From contig RDEW01000027.1 of the NCBI GenBank assembly GCA_011109175.1, positions 796,511-860,510 on the forward strand: 64,000 nucleotides of DNA, in the 5' to 3' direction. The notes beneath the pieces are model-generated. The model worked only from the letters and a program-made list of their open reading frames with translations, did not search any database and was not told the DNA's origin. The position numbers were made by a program, and so were the translations under genes. This document shows, one piece after another, positions 51,090 to 62,479 of this stretch. The first letter of the stretch is position 1; each line of letters opens with the position of its first letter. Source of the stretch: Dicyema japonicum (lineage: Eukaryota; Animalia; Dicyemida).

Positions 51090-51146
51090 GCATGTGATGA
51101 TCTTTTACAATGAGTCACCATGATTGTCTAAACTCAGCTCTGATGC
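51090..51146 (+). ncRNA. Box C/D snoRNA, copy 2
   Basis: Box C GTGATGA (51094), identical guide, box D CTGA (51140). Confidence 0.85.
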
Positions 51147-51217
51147 TTTTATTAACTCTAAATTTATCATTATCTTTTGATTATGTATTACTAGCATATT
51201 TGTGCTTATGTTTTCTT

Positions 51218-51274
51218 GCATGTGATGACCTTTTACAATGAGTTACCATGATTGTCTAAACTCAGCTCTGATGC
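51218..51274 (+). ncRNA. Box C/D snoRNA, copy 3
   Basis: Box C GTGATGA (51222), identical guide, box D CTGA (51268). Confidence 0.85.
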
Positions 51275-51389
51275 CATAGCTAATTTTTATTTCGATTCTG
51301 TTGCTGATAGTTTACTTGGTTTCACAGTTTGAAACTCTGTAGTACATATAATCGTATGTCTTTATCGCTGACGATTTTGTTACTGTTTT

Positions 51390-51860
51390 CGGTAATATAA
51401 GCCCTACAAGGCTATGATCTCTTTCATGGCCAACATTATGATGGAAAGAAGCCGGATGACGTAACAACCATGCCATGGAGCAGATTGTGGTGTCTTGCTC
51501 GACATCCAACGTGCAAGGACACTTTCTCTAATGGTACTGGTGCATTATAGTACCCCAAAATCAGTTATGCCCTCTAAGTAATTATCTTTATAAGTGTTTG
51601 ATTTAATAATTTTTTAACGCTAATAGGTTTGTTTAAGTGCTAGAATCAACTTGCTCCAAGAAGATCAAGAACAGATGCGCAAAGCAGAGGGCGATGGAGA
51701 CGCCTAGTGAAGCAGATTGTGAAACATGTGGCGCAATCGGGACATTAGTTAATATAACGCCCTTTGGTTTTGTGAAAGTGCTTTTTAATAATAATAACTT
51801 GCTCCACTGATCTCTCTAAATCACCGTGAGACTGGCATTGCAAGGGACAAAAATGGCGAC
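51390..51860 (+). mobile_element. CRE REL fragment
   Basis: DGKKPDDVTTMPWS...TCKDTFS...CETCGAIG. Confidence 0.6.
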
Positions 51861-53148
51861 CTTGACATCGGTCTCCCCTCCCTTTACGGAGGAAAACGAA
51901 ATTTTTAATTTTGTCTTAAAACGTGATTGGCGTGCTTTTTTTTAAATTTCATTTTTCTTCCGAAAGGGTCATTATTGGAGATGTCAAAGTCATCGTTGAC
52001 TGAAGTTTTGATACCCTAAAATTACAGTTCCATCATTTGGTCCAATCCCACCAGAAATTTTGAAGGCGACTGACGCAAAAAGGAAATGGTCAGACAAGGC
52101 TGGGTATTTATCAACTTGTTCAGTACAGCATTTAGGCAATATGAAAATTATTTGATGGAAATAAATTATTAATGGTTAAATCACCAATGGAAATGTTTTC
52201 TGTTTGCAAAGAGCAGGTCACTCGTATGGGACACCAAAACGTTGTCAGGAGTGCGGTAAACACATCATACGCTACAAAACATGAGAAGTCTGAAGAAAAG
52301 TACAAAATTTTCCTCCACCAATTCACGTTCAGGGCTATTAAAACAACTGGAGATATGAGCAAGAATTTACCGTCTTTTTTACGCCTTATTGTTCGGTACA
52401 GCAACTGAAATTTTTATTACTGTGTCCAATTTTATCAAAAATTTTGCATCCTCAACAATAGACTGCATTTTATGAGTCCACAACTTTCTGGAATGTGATA
52501 TTCCATATTTGTTGCACGAAAGTAGACCTCGCAACCTAATTATGTTTTCATGTGTGGTTTAGCATACTGCCGCACTGACATCAGTCTGCAGAAAAGCCTC
52601 TTAAGAATATGGAAGATCGGAAAACATTATATCCTAGGAACGCTAACAAAAAGATTACATCAAATGTGCAGTTTTACTCATGAAACTTTTGGGTCCATAC
52701 ATCTCTTGGACAAATACCATGAAGCTTACCAGAGAAGTAAGTGCAGTGACGGAATAAAAAAACGACTGTCACCAAACACTTTAGAAACTCTAATTTGTCC
52801 GAACGTAGTTGTGAAAGTTAATAAAGATTCCTTTTTTAGGAGTTGGTGATCTCCCTTTGTTAGTTTTAGTGACTAATTTCCTTCCTGGGAGTCAAATGTT
52901 ACACATGTCCAAGGAGACGCCTAGTGTTTGACCGAACACAGAAAGAATCTCTCTTTTCCTATTCCATTGGCGGGGTTCCCTAAATGGCGGATATGATTGG
53001 ACTTGATGCATGGAGATGCGCATCACCGTGGGAGTTAAAAGCAATTAGTCAATTGAGGACTCTCATTTTAACCCGGTGATCAAAGGGCAATAAATAATTT
53101 CCTTTCTGAAATCAAAAAATAATAAATTACATTCTTTTAGTCTAATTA

Positions 53149-54000
53149 CATGGATGTGACATTTCCTTCCACATTTGTACGTGTCTCCACGACTTCCTAA
53201 ATTCCTTATAAAGAAACATTAAGTCGATAAAAAGAAATTTCGAACTTGTGAGTAAATGAAGCGGGAATTATTTGATAAAGCAATAACAGTCATTAACTCT
53301 GCAATAATTATGGTTTAATATTATTCAATATTTCAAGTCTATTGGGGTTTACATCACGTCGGTTGTATCCCTGATCACACATTTTATTGGAACTCCAAAG
53401 ACACTCATTCGTGGACCTATTTCAGCACAATCCTATTTTTGTTCATTTACGCGGCTTTTATGACTCTTTCAGGACTTTTGTGGATTCATCCATGTGAGGG
53501 TATCAAACAAATTTATAAAATTACTGGTATCTTGGTATTTGATTGTCAGGTAGGTCTGAGCTTACTCACAGTCTTTGCAGGATCCCTTCTTTATTTGACA
53601 GTGCAAATAAACGACATGCAGGTACGGTCTTTGTACTAATAGAAGATGAGGGGTATCATAACAAACACGTTTCAGGATGCCTCAGAGGAATATCTCCACA
53701 AGGGAAGCATAATTGTCGACTTTATTAAATCAAAGGTTTGACTGTATGAAAATGTCAGTTCAACTGCAGTTCTGACTCACGTTCCCGGTTGTTGTCCTCC
53801 GTCTCCATGCAGTTTGGAGGATAAAAGAGTACACATTTACGTTATTTTAGGGCTGTGGGAGAATTATAAGTGCAGAAATGAATCAATCCTTTACAGCTGT
53901 CAAAATAATTTCTATAGTCGCATTATTCTCTTCTGTAATAATTATTTAATATTTGTAGAGTGTCGGACTCGTACAGATCATTAACTCTTTTAAACAATAA
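53149..54000 (+). CDS. Possible divergent tetraspanin-like membrane protein (frame problems; may be a pseudogene)
   Basis: Four hydrophobic segments, tiny GT-AG introns, and a loop with IVDFIKSKFNC, VPGCCPPSPC and GC before the last TM. No intact CCG motif. Confidence 0.5.
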
Positions 54001-54065
54001 AATGAAAATCAACCAACTGAACAATGTTTTAAAAATATTATAATTATATTATATATAGTGAATTT

Positions 54066-54318
54066 TAATTTTTTTTTGAAATATAAACATTTATTATTAG
54101 GAAACATGAGTAGTTAATTACTGAGTCCAGCGGATATGATCGAGTGGCTGTTACCTCTGACTACTGCCAGGGATATCCTTTGGAAAAGCCACTCGGTTTT
54201 CCGACGCTCCCCCGAGGCTTTGGTCAATAGACACCCAAGTGCTCTAAGGAAAGAGACCGTCTTGGGGCCAAAGACTCCGCTCGTCTCGACGACCACTGGC
54301 TGTACATGGAAACGGTTT
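54066..54318 (-). mobile_element. 3' end and tail of the CRE element (non-inverted part)
   Basis: VQPVVVETSGVFGP...WLFQRISLAVVRGNSHSII* followed by an A-rich tail on the minus strand. Confidence 0.88.
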
Positions 54319-54319
54319 A

Positions 54320-56998
54320 TGTAATTGCTGTTGTGGTGGTGTGGTGTAATTGAGAAAAAGTAACCAGAAGCGATATGCACAAGATCGACACAAGAGAAGA
54401 GCTTTGTGAATTTTGCAATAAAATTAACAAAAGAAAGCGGCTGATATGTTGTGTCGTTTGTTCGTCGGTTTTTCACATGTCATGTGTTGGAATGATCAAA
54501 AAAACTATTACCACCATTACCAACTGGTGTTGCCAGGCATGCCTCCTTCCTGGAACGAAAGCACCATCGACTCCACCTAATTCACCTGAATGAATACCAA
54601 TAGATTACCAGAAAACCCTTGAATCAATTGCAAACCTGGCATCTAAACGAAGGATCATGATCAAAATTCCAAAAGCTGCCCGTGTTCCTGCCGCCGACTG
54701 TTTACACGATTGTATTGAAAGGGCAATTTCTTCGACTGACCCAGTGGATTGGACACGATTATTCTACTTTGCACCATACACGCTATGTATGCCCTGTCAG
54801 AAGAGGAAAGATCAGGAATCGCTCACGTCTATTGTAAAGGAAAATATTTGCTTGTTTTCTTCTGGAAATTTGTTCAGTGACTCCCGAGAATATACCTTCA
54901 AGCCCTCAAACCACGAGAACCATGCCTCAGAAACACAAAGATTGGAAGAGCGATACATCGCAAACTATCTGAAGGTGGAGTCCGGGCCGCCGTGAGGACT
55001 CTAGAAGAGCATAACCGTCTAATTGAGCCAACTGAACACTCCTACGATGCACTGGTTGAACGACATCCTGGTCCGCCAGTGGACGAGCAGATCCCTACTT
55101 GCTCTGGAGAATTACCTAGTCTGATTATTTCTGAGGGGGACGTGAAAGATGCGATCCTCTCATTCGCCCCAAGCAGCAGTGGGGACTGACGGACTCCGTC
55201 CAGGACACCTAAAAGACTTAATTGATCAGAATACGGGGAACTCTGGTGTTCGGCTATTATCGGCTATAACGAGGTTAATCAACAGAATGCTTTCCGGAAG
55301 ATTACCAGAAGCAATCCGTCATATTATGTTTTCCGCCAAGTTAATTGCCTTTGATAAATGTGGAGGAGGAATTCGTCCTATTGCTGTTGGGTTTGTTTTT
55401 CGTCGACTGGCTTCTAAACTTGCTAGCAGAGCAATCCTTCCGATGCTTGTCAAACAACTGCGACCAACCCAAGTAGGGGTCGGTACTCCTGGTGGATGTG
55501 AGGCGGCGGTTCATGCCGTTCGGATGTTTACTGGAAACAGAACGAACATGCCTTGTGTGGTCCTCAAGATTGACATAAAAAACGCCTTCAATACCATACG
55601 GCGCGATGTAATTTTGGAAGATTGTCTTACCCATTACCCGTCTATATATAATTATGTTCATTGTTCGTATGGAAAACCGTCCAGTCTTGTACATGGGAAA
55701 TACTTCATTCCCTCGTCGTGTGGGGTTCACAAGGAGACCCACTAGGACCGGCATTGTTCTGCCTCGGTGTCGACCGTGTCATGAGATGCCTTACTACTCC
55801 GCTGAACGTGTGGTATTTGGATGATTGCACCCTGGGAGGTCATCCTAACAATGTATATGACTGTCTACAGAGATTACTAACCAATTGGATACGCTTGGTT
55901 TAAAGCTAAACGCATCCAAATGCGAAATTGTTAATTATGGATTCTCCCGATATGAATGGAATCGGATCCTATTAATGTTTCGGGGGATTATTCCTAAAAT
56001 ATCGGAAATCGAGCCGGATCATTTGGAAATACTTGGATGCCCTCTGGCTGAAACTGGAATTAACGACACTCTGTTGGCTAAAGAACAGCAACTAAGAAAA
56101 ACTTTTTTACGCCTTGGGATGCTGGATGCACATACCTCTCTTTTTCTCATGAAAAACGCTTTATCCACGCAGAAATTAAATTACGTCCTTCGAGGAGCTC
56201 CATGTTACCTGAAAATGCAACAACTCGGGGCGATTGACTCCCTATTCCGGTCTACGACCGAACGTATTACTAATGTCGAATTCGACGAACAAGGATGGGA
56301 ACAAGCAACCTTGCCCGTTCGCTTTGGTGGACTCGGAATTCTCTCACCATCTGATTTAGCACACCCGGCATATCAATCCTCATTGGACTCCAATCAGAAT
56401 TTGATCATGATGATTCTCCAGCTCCCATCAGAGTCGTCAAAGATCGAAGATTTGGTACACCCTAAAGTCAAACAACTCGGGCAGAGAGACCTTTATGAGT
56501 CTTCTGCGAGGATAAATACGAGAGGCTTTTGAAAATATCTAACCAACACCGACGAGTCTGTCTTTTAACTGCAAGATGCGAGTGGAGCGGGGCTTGGATC
56601 AATGCCCTACCCATTGGAAACGTGGGAACTCACCTAGACGATGAAACGGTCCGCACCGGAGTCTCCATCAGACTTGGATTGAAAGTTTGTCAACCCCATG
56701 AGTGCCGATGCGGCCGGAAGGTCGACTGCTATGGACATCATGCCCTTGTCGAAAAAGCGCAGGTCGATTCGCTAGACACAAGGCTATAAATGAAGTGGTG
56801 AAGCGCGCCCTCGAGTTGGCGGGATTCCCATCCATTCTAGAGCCAACGGGCTTGAGTAGGGATGATGGGAAGCGACCCGATGGAATTACTGTCTTCCCCT
56901 TCTCTCGGGGCAAATGCTTAATTTGGGATGCTGCCTGTACTGACAGCTTTTCCCAGTCGAAACTTTTGAGGTCGGCAATGAAAGCGGGAGAGGCCGCA
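54320..56998 (+). mobile_element. Near full-length CRE-clade element: PHD finger - RT - CCHC/REL
   Basis: PHD C4HC3 (54375-54590); IPKAAR; DGLRPGHL, GGIRPIAVG, GCEAAVH, DIKNAFN, QGDPLGP, WYLDD; [31 protein letters not shown]. Confidence 0.93.
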
Positions 56999-57692
56999 GT
57001 TCATCAGAACTATTCTTAACTAAGCTAGTCCTAGGTGTGTCTCCCACCCAAATTCGAGAACTTCAAAGGACTCAATTGTTGGCTTACAACCGGTTGTAAC
57101 ATGAGTACACCAGTAGACCGCCTACATTATGAATCTTGTATCCTTTCAATGGAAGATCACTTATGCATCCGACGACTTAACGAATCCTGTAATCTCTGAA
57201 ACGACCTAACCGAAACAAGAAACCTCAAATATCCTTTCAAAGGAAATAAAACACTGATTTTAAGTTAAGATGAAGTTATTACGTTTTGGACTTCCAACCA
57301 ACTTCTAACCAGAATGTTCTCAGAAATTGCTCAACTAATTATCTAAGAAGATAAGTCCCAGATACTCTTATGCCGTTATTGAAACGTCGAATAAGATTCT
57401 TGCACATTCTCATAATTTATCATGTTTTAAAGAAATTTTTGAGAATTGAACCCCTGTTTTTAAGTCGCACCATCCTTCAAAATCGTATAACATTCCAGGA
57501 AGAATCGCGAAGTTGAAAAAGCAAAACAGGTTGAGCTTTAATTTCCTCACAGAGAACTGACCGCTCGTGGCTTTTTCTTGTGTGTTTTACCCATGTTTCA
57601 TAAAATTACCTTTCTCGCCAATATGGAGGCCAAGGGATTTCATAGTCTTCTTTATGTCTTTTAACGAGCTCTGTAGGACTAAATCTCAACTT

Positions 57693-57924
57693 TGGCAGGA
57701 TACACACTTTATTTTATATGGAAAAAAACAGTTATGCTAATTAACCGTAGGAGAGGAGCAAGGGATCAAGAATGCTCTTAACTTCTTTTCAAATTAAACA
57801 TATGAATGAGTCTTGTTGATAATCCGGTTGCGCAGTGTGGTATCACTAATGACGGAGTCAAGTCAGGTATCGGTATACGCATGGAACCTTCAGCCAAAAT
57901 GGGCGGCAACGAGATTCGAATCGG
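57693..57924 (-). mobile_element. Old copy of the tRNA-SINE
   Basis: Reverse complement has GATTCGAATCTCG B-box and a diverged SINE body. Confidence 0.65.
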
Positions 57925-57949
57925 GAAAAATCTGAATTTTGTCAGGTAT

Positions 57950-59150
57950 CTATCCACATAAGCTATATTTATGTACCAAAAATAAAAACGTGTTCTTGTG
58001 GTACTTGCTTTAACGCAAAATCATTCAATGACGGTGGATAGTGCTCATGTTATTCTGCATAAGGGAACTTGTCCAATCTGCCAACGGAGTAATGATGAAA
58101 GTTCCGAGTCATTTGAGACACTTGTCGACGAAAAGACCATTTCTCTTGTGCCAAGACAAGTAAAAAAGTTGCAAGAGTTTGAGAAGGTGGATATGTGTTT
58201 GTTGCCTGTTGGAATCTTCTCCAGAGTGTAATATGCCGTCCTCTGCATATATAACTCTGTGTTCCAATTTAGCCCAATGAATTGTTCTCCTGAGATAGTT
58301 TCTCTTCTGAAAGAAAAAATTCTCTTATTCCAGACGATTTTTATATACTTGCCTATCCCAACCCTTTTCTAGAAGATGTTTCTTCTGAGATCTTCATAAT
58401 TTCCTCCAATCATTCCGAAGGGATGGTAGTGGATGAGTTGATGGGCTTAAGCCAAAAGATCTCGTGGATTTTTTTATCTGGACAGTCTGGTACATTTCCA
58501 TCTTGGAGAATTCTGGATCTTGTGAACGCATTGCTTTCTCGAAATATAAAGTTTTCGGCCAATTTTCGGAACGATTGCTCGTCGATCGATAATTAAGAAT
58601 ATTTCGGTCGACCTGTGGACTGGGTGTGGGGTCAGATGCGGAAGCAAAGTGTGTGGCGTTAAGTGTTTTCTGAAGCTGAGGAGTACTTTTTTTTAATTTG
58701 ATCAGCGCAAAGCCTTCAACTCTGTCAGAAAGACATCCTACTTTTAGCTACAGAAGAACGCCGAAAATCTATCCTTGTCAACCTATCTATTCGAATTGTT
58801 TCCCCTCTTTTATAAAACGAAATCATTCCACCTGATCTCATACTTTTTTCCTTGGCGATCGACAAGATATTTCTAATCTCTTCAATTTATGGCACCTTGA
58901 CGATTACAGCCTTGATAATGATTTTCGAAAATTGATTGCACTTCAAGTCAACAAAAAGAAGTTTGAAGTGGTTAAATTGACCATGGATGTGGAATCTTTT
59001 ATTTTCTTGAAAAAAACAAATGGAGAATACTGTCCCAGATATTCGGATTACAGACTTCCGCTCTCTGGACTTTCCTCTTGAGAGCTCTGGGGGTGCAAGA
59101 AGACTTGTCTGCATCAATCAACTGGTGTTTGGTTAAATACTTATTCATGT
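57950..59150 (-). mobile_element. Possible Penelope-like RT/GIY-YIG remnant
   Basis: Weak motifs only (IIIKAV, EIRNILS, FTC, STIHRH). Confidence 0.3.
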
Positions 59151-59199
59151 GTTGAAATTGGCAACCTGAAGACGATGATACAGTGAGGATAGCCATATC

Positions 59200-59720
59200 G
59201 CCTTTTCTTAATCTTAAAGTGTGTGCTGAACAAAAATGTCAATGTGGACGTTGGATCGATTGGTTATCATCCCATATGAGTGTCTACTGTTCCCCCGGCA
59301 TGTCTGTCTCAGCATGACGCTAGAATGAGCTTTGCTACGCTAACCACGATCTATTTTTGAAACCCACTGTTCTCTCCTGAAGAGATGACACACATCCCGA
59401 TGGGATGACGATTTCCCCTTTCACAAATGGACGAACTCTGGTTTGAGATGCTACGTGTATTGACACGTGCTCTCAGAAAAAATTTGACTCAGGCATGCTT
59501 CTAAGCAAGTCGAGGATCAAAAGAATAAGAAATACTGAAGTATTTCGAAAATCATTTGTTTGTCCCATTCGCTGTTGAGACGTCAGGAATCCTTGGGCAA
59601 CAAACGGACGACGACATTTAATGATGCAAAAAGTCACCAAGAATCTACATGAGACTGAATGATATCAAAAGAGTATCTCGATAATCCAATAGCCTGACTA
59701 TACAAGCTACACATAGTCGA
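59200..59720 (+). mobile_element. CRE REL fragment
   Basis: CQCGR, HPDGMTISPF.NGRTLV*DATCIDT, FVPFAVETSG. Confidence 0.75.
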
Positions 59721-59852
59721 ATTTAAATAAATTAATAAAAACATATGATCTTTTTTTAAATGTTTGGTTATTAAACAAATAATTAATATTTTTTTAAACT
59801 ATTTAATAAGCTAAATAAATATATAAAAGATTAATATTAATTTATTCCACAG

Positions 59853-61074
59853 ATGCGTGTTTTCTTAGACGGATGGTATTTCTATGTATAATGTGAAGTT
59901 TTGACCTGATCCACTACGGACATGCGAATGCCTTGTATAAAGTATTTATTTTTTATATATTCTGGCCAAATGTTTTGGCCATGATTTAGTCGTAGGGGTT
60001 CACTCTGATGGTACTATTTAAGACTAATCCTTTAAGAGGACATTGCTCAAGTGAAGGCACAGCCTGTGTTTCCCTTGGAAGAACGACTGAAGATCATGGA
60101 ATCATTCCGTTGGATCATTCAAGTTACGACATTTTCTTATCACGAGGTTATATCGAGCTCTCCTTACGTCATACAGCTTGAGAATTTGGACGAGTATAAC
60201 TGTGATTTTTGTGCCCACGCCGGTTTCTTTGTTTATAAATCATTTTAGATGATATAACACGTGACTCGAACAACGAGGACTGCTACAGGTTTATCAAAGC
60301 GAGTAGGCGATATTTGTAGGCCAAGGACTAACTCATAGGGAATACAAGAGGACCGTTGGGATTTCAGCCACAGATTTAATTGATAGGTCGGTCGATGTTA
60401 GTAAATTTTGCAGAATTTTAAAATATGGAATTTCTCAGATTGAACGACCATTTGACAGCAGTCTCTATCCTTCGGCTAGAGTAATTGGAAATTTTATCGG
60501 GCCTGCCAAACCAAGAACTAAAAACTCAACAGTCGTTTATGTAGACGGGACGTTTGATATTTATCGTTGATAGTTTTCTGGATTTTTAGACGTGGGGATC
60601 GTCTCCTTTATTGAGAAGGCAAAGGAGCTCGGGGACTACCTCATTGTTGGATTGTACTCTGATCAGAGAGTCCGTCAGTTAAAGGGAAACTATCCTATTT
60701 GCTCGATTCATGAGAGAATGATGGTCCTCTTGGCCAACAAAAATATCGACGATTTGATCGTTGATGCTCCCTTTGAGGTTAACGAGGAATTCGTCAATTA
60801 TCTTGAGGTTTGAAGCCGACTAATATTATTAGATTGACTTGGTGTGTTACGGAAGGACCAAGTTCACTTCTCAACCTGAAGTCGATCCATACAAGGTTGA
60901 TCTATTTTATGTACTTAAGTACCCCAGAGAAAAGGGAATTTTGAAAGAGGTCGATTCTGGCAGTGATGTGACTACTGAGACGATTATACAAAGGGTACAA
61001 TCGAAAAGGTGTCGTTTTTGATTGTTTGTAGTGAACTTTACGAAGAGAGGAATGAAAAAAAGAAAAATAACTAA
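59853..61074 (+). CDS. PCYT2: Ethanolamine-phosphate cytidylyltransferase, 11 introns of 23-27 nt
   Basis: MRVFLDGCFDLIHYGHANAL...VVGVHSDE...YNCDFCAHADD...YKRTVGISATDLI; second CT domain VVYVDGTFDIYHVG...YPICSIHER...DPYKYP...SDVTTETIIQR. Confidence 0.97.
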
Positions 61075-61829
61075 TTTAACAATTTAAGAAAATACACTAA
61101 TTTTTTTAATAGGACAGAAATATAGATTTAATTTTGTGGTATTGATTATTTTTGTGGTATACATTTAATCATTAAATTCAAAATTATTCGAAATCAAGCA
61201 TTTAAACGACAGTTTTAGTATTTTGAGCAGCCGGCATAGTTGTCAGTTCTGTTGCTCTGTCATGATTAGTTGTGGGTTGGATTTCTACACCGCTACCTGG
61301 TCGAAAGATTTAGTTCTGCTCTCTGTCTTCTTAAATTGTTATGAGGTGTCATGTGATCCACCTGTCTTAAAAGACTCACAATGTTGGCCGGTCTCCAAAA
61401 TGATACATCTTCCCTACTTCGCTGGAGGGGTTCTAAAATGACGGATATGAATGGACAGGATGCATTTCATCCTGGCCGTGGAAACTGGTAGACGTTAAAT
61501 GACTCTTGACCTCCTTCCGTTATATCCTGAGTTATTATATAAAGAAATATTTGAGCTGGAGTTAATATTAAAATTTTATCCCCCATGAGCTTCTGTAGAC
61601 GGAAGGGAGAATACCGAGCTAAGGTTATGGCTCTGTAGGGATCACATAGAATAAATTCATTCTACCACGATCCACGAAAATGTCAACTGTTCAATTTTGA
61701 ATTCTTTTACTTCGAATCAAGACCAGACGTTCAGAGGAATAAAATGACTTAAGAAAATATCAACTACTATGTTTTTTAAATTGGAGGTATATTTTTAAGG
61801 CATAAGATAATAAACGGAACCGTAAAGCG

Positions 61830-62080
61830 TGATCTGAACTCTGCTGGATACCCCAGCATATTGGAATCGGTCGTCCTGGATAGAGGGACGGAAAACTTTC
61901 GGACATAATTATAATCTTCTCGCTTGAGGAGGGAAGCCATTTGTATGAATTTTACGTGAGATTCCATTTTGAGATTGACGAGAAGCTTGAAAAAATAATT
62001 GAAGGTATAGTCCAGAGCATCTATAGCAAAATGATTCTAAGACGGAATAGCCAAGCAGTCAGGGCGGCCGTTATAAAACT
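61830..62080 (+). mobile_element. CRE 3' remnant
   Basis: VQSIYSKMILRRNSQAV resembles the CRE C-terminal motif. Confidence 0.45.
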
Positions 62081-62158
62081 ATTTCTTAATTCTATTTTAT
62101 AAATTCGTTAACTTAAAATGGCCTAAATAAAGTAGTTATATTTAAGAAATATTAAAAA

Positions 62159-62239
62159 CGCATTGGCAGGATTCGAACCTGCGCGGGCGAACCCCAGCAG
62201 CTTTCTAGGCTGCCGCCTTAACCGCTCGGCCACCAATGC
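62159..62239 (-). tRNA. tRNA-Ser(AGA)
   Basis: GCATTGG-TG-GCCGAGCGGTTAAGGC-G-GCAGC CTAGAAA GCTGC, long variable arm, GCAGG TTCGAAT CCTGC, G discriminator, T5 terminator. One C short at the T-stem/acceptor junction. Confidence 0.93.
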
Positions 62240-62479
62240 ATTATCCATTCAATTATCATTTTAAAACCATTACTTATATTATTTTTAGACAATATTTAAA
62301 TCGTTTTATAATTTATAAACTATTCTACTTAGAATTTAATCCTTAATTAATATATTAAACAAAATTGAGTTGTTTGTACATTCTTTAATCTCATATTCTA
62401 TTTAATTCAATTGATGTGCTCTCATATAATTTCAACAAATTTCTTCTCCTCGAAATTAAATTTTAAGGGTGCATTTCAG

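Noticed and set aside
50955-51275. CRISPR array or plain satellite
   Set aside because: Spacers are also repeated, there are no cas genes, the context is eukaryotic, and the units have C/D boxes and an rRNA guide.
8600-62080. CRE targeting next to small-RNA genes (U6, snoRNAs, tRNA)
   Set aside because: CRE fragments are abundant throughout the window, and distances and orientations are inconsistent.
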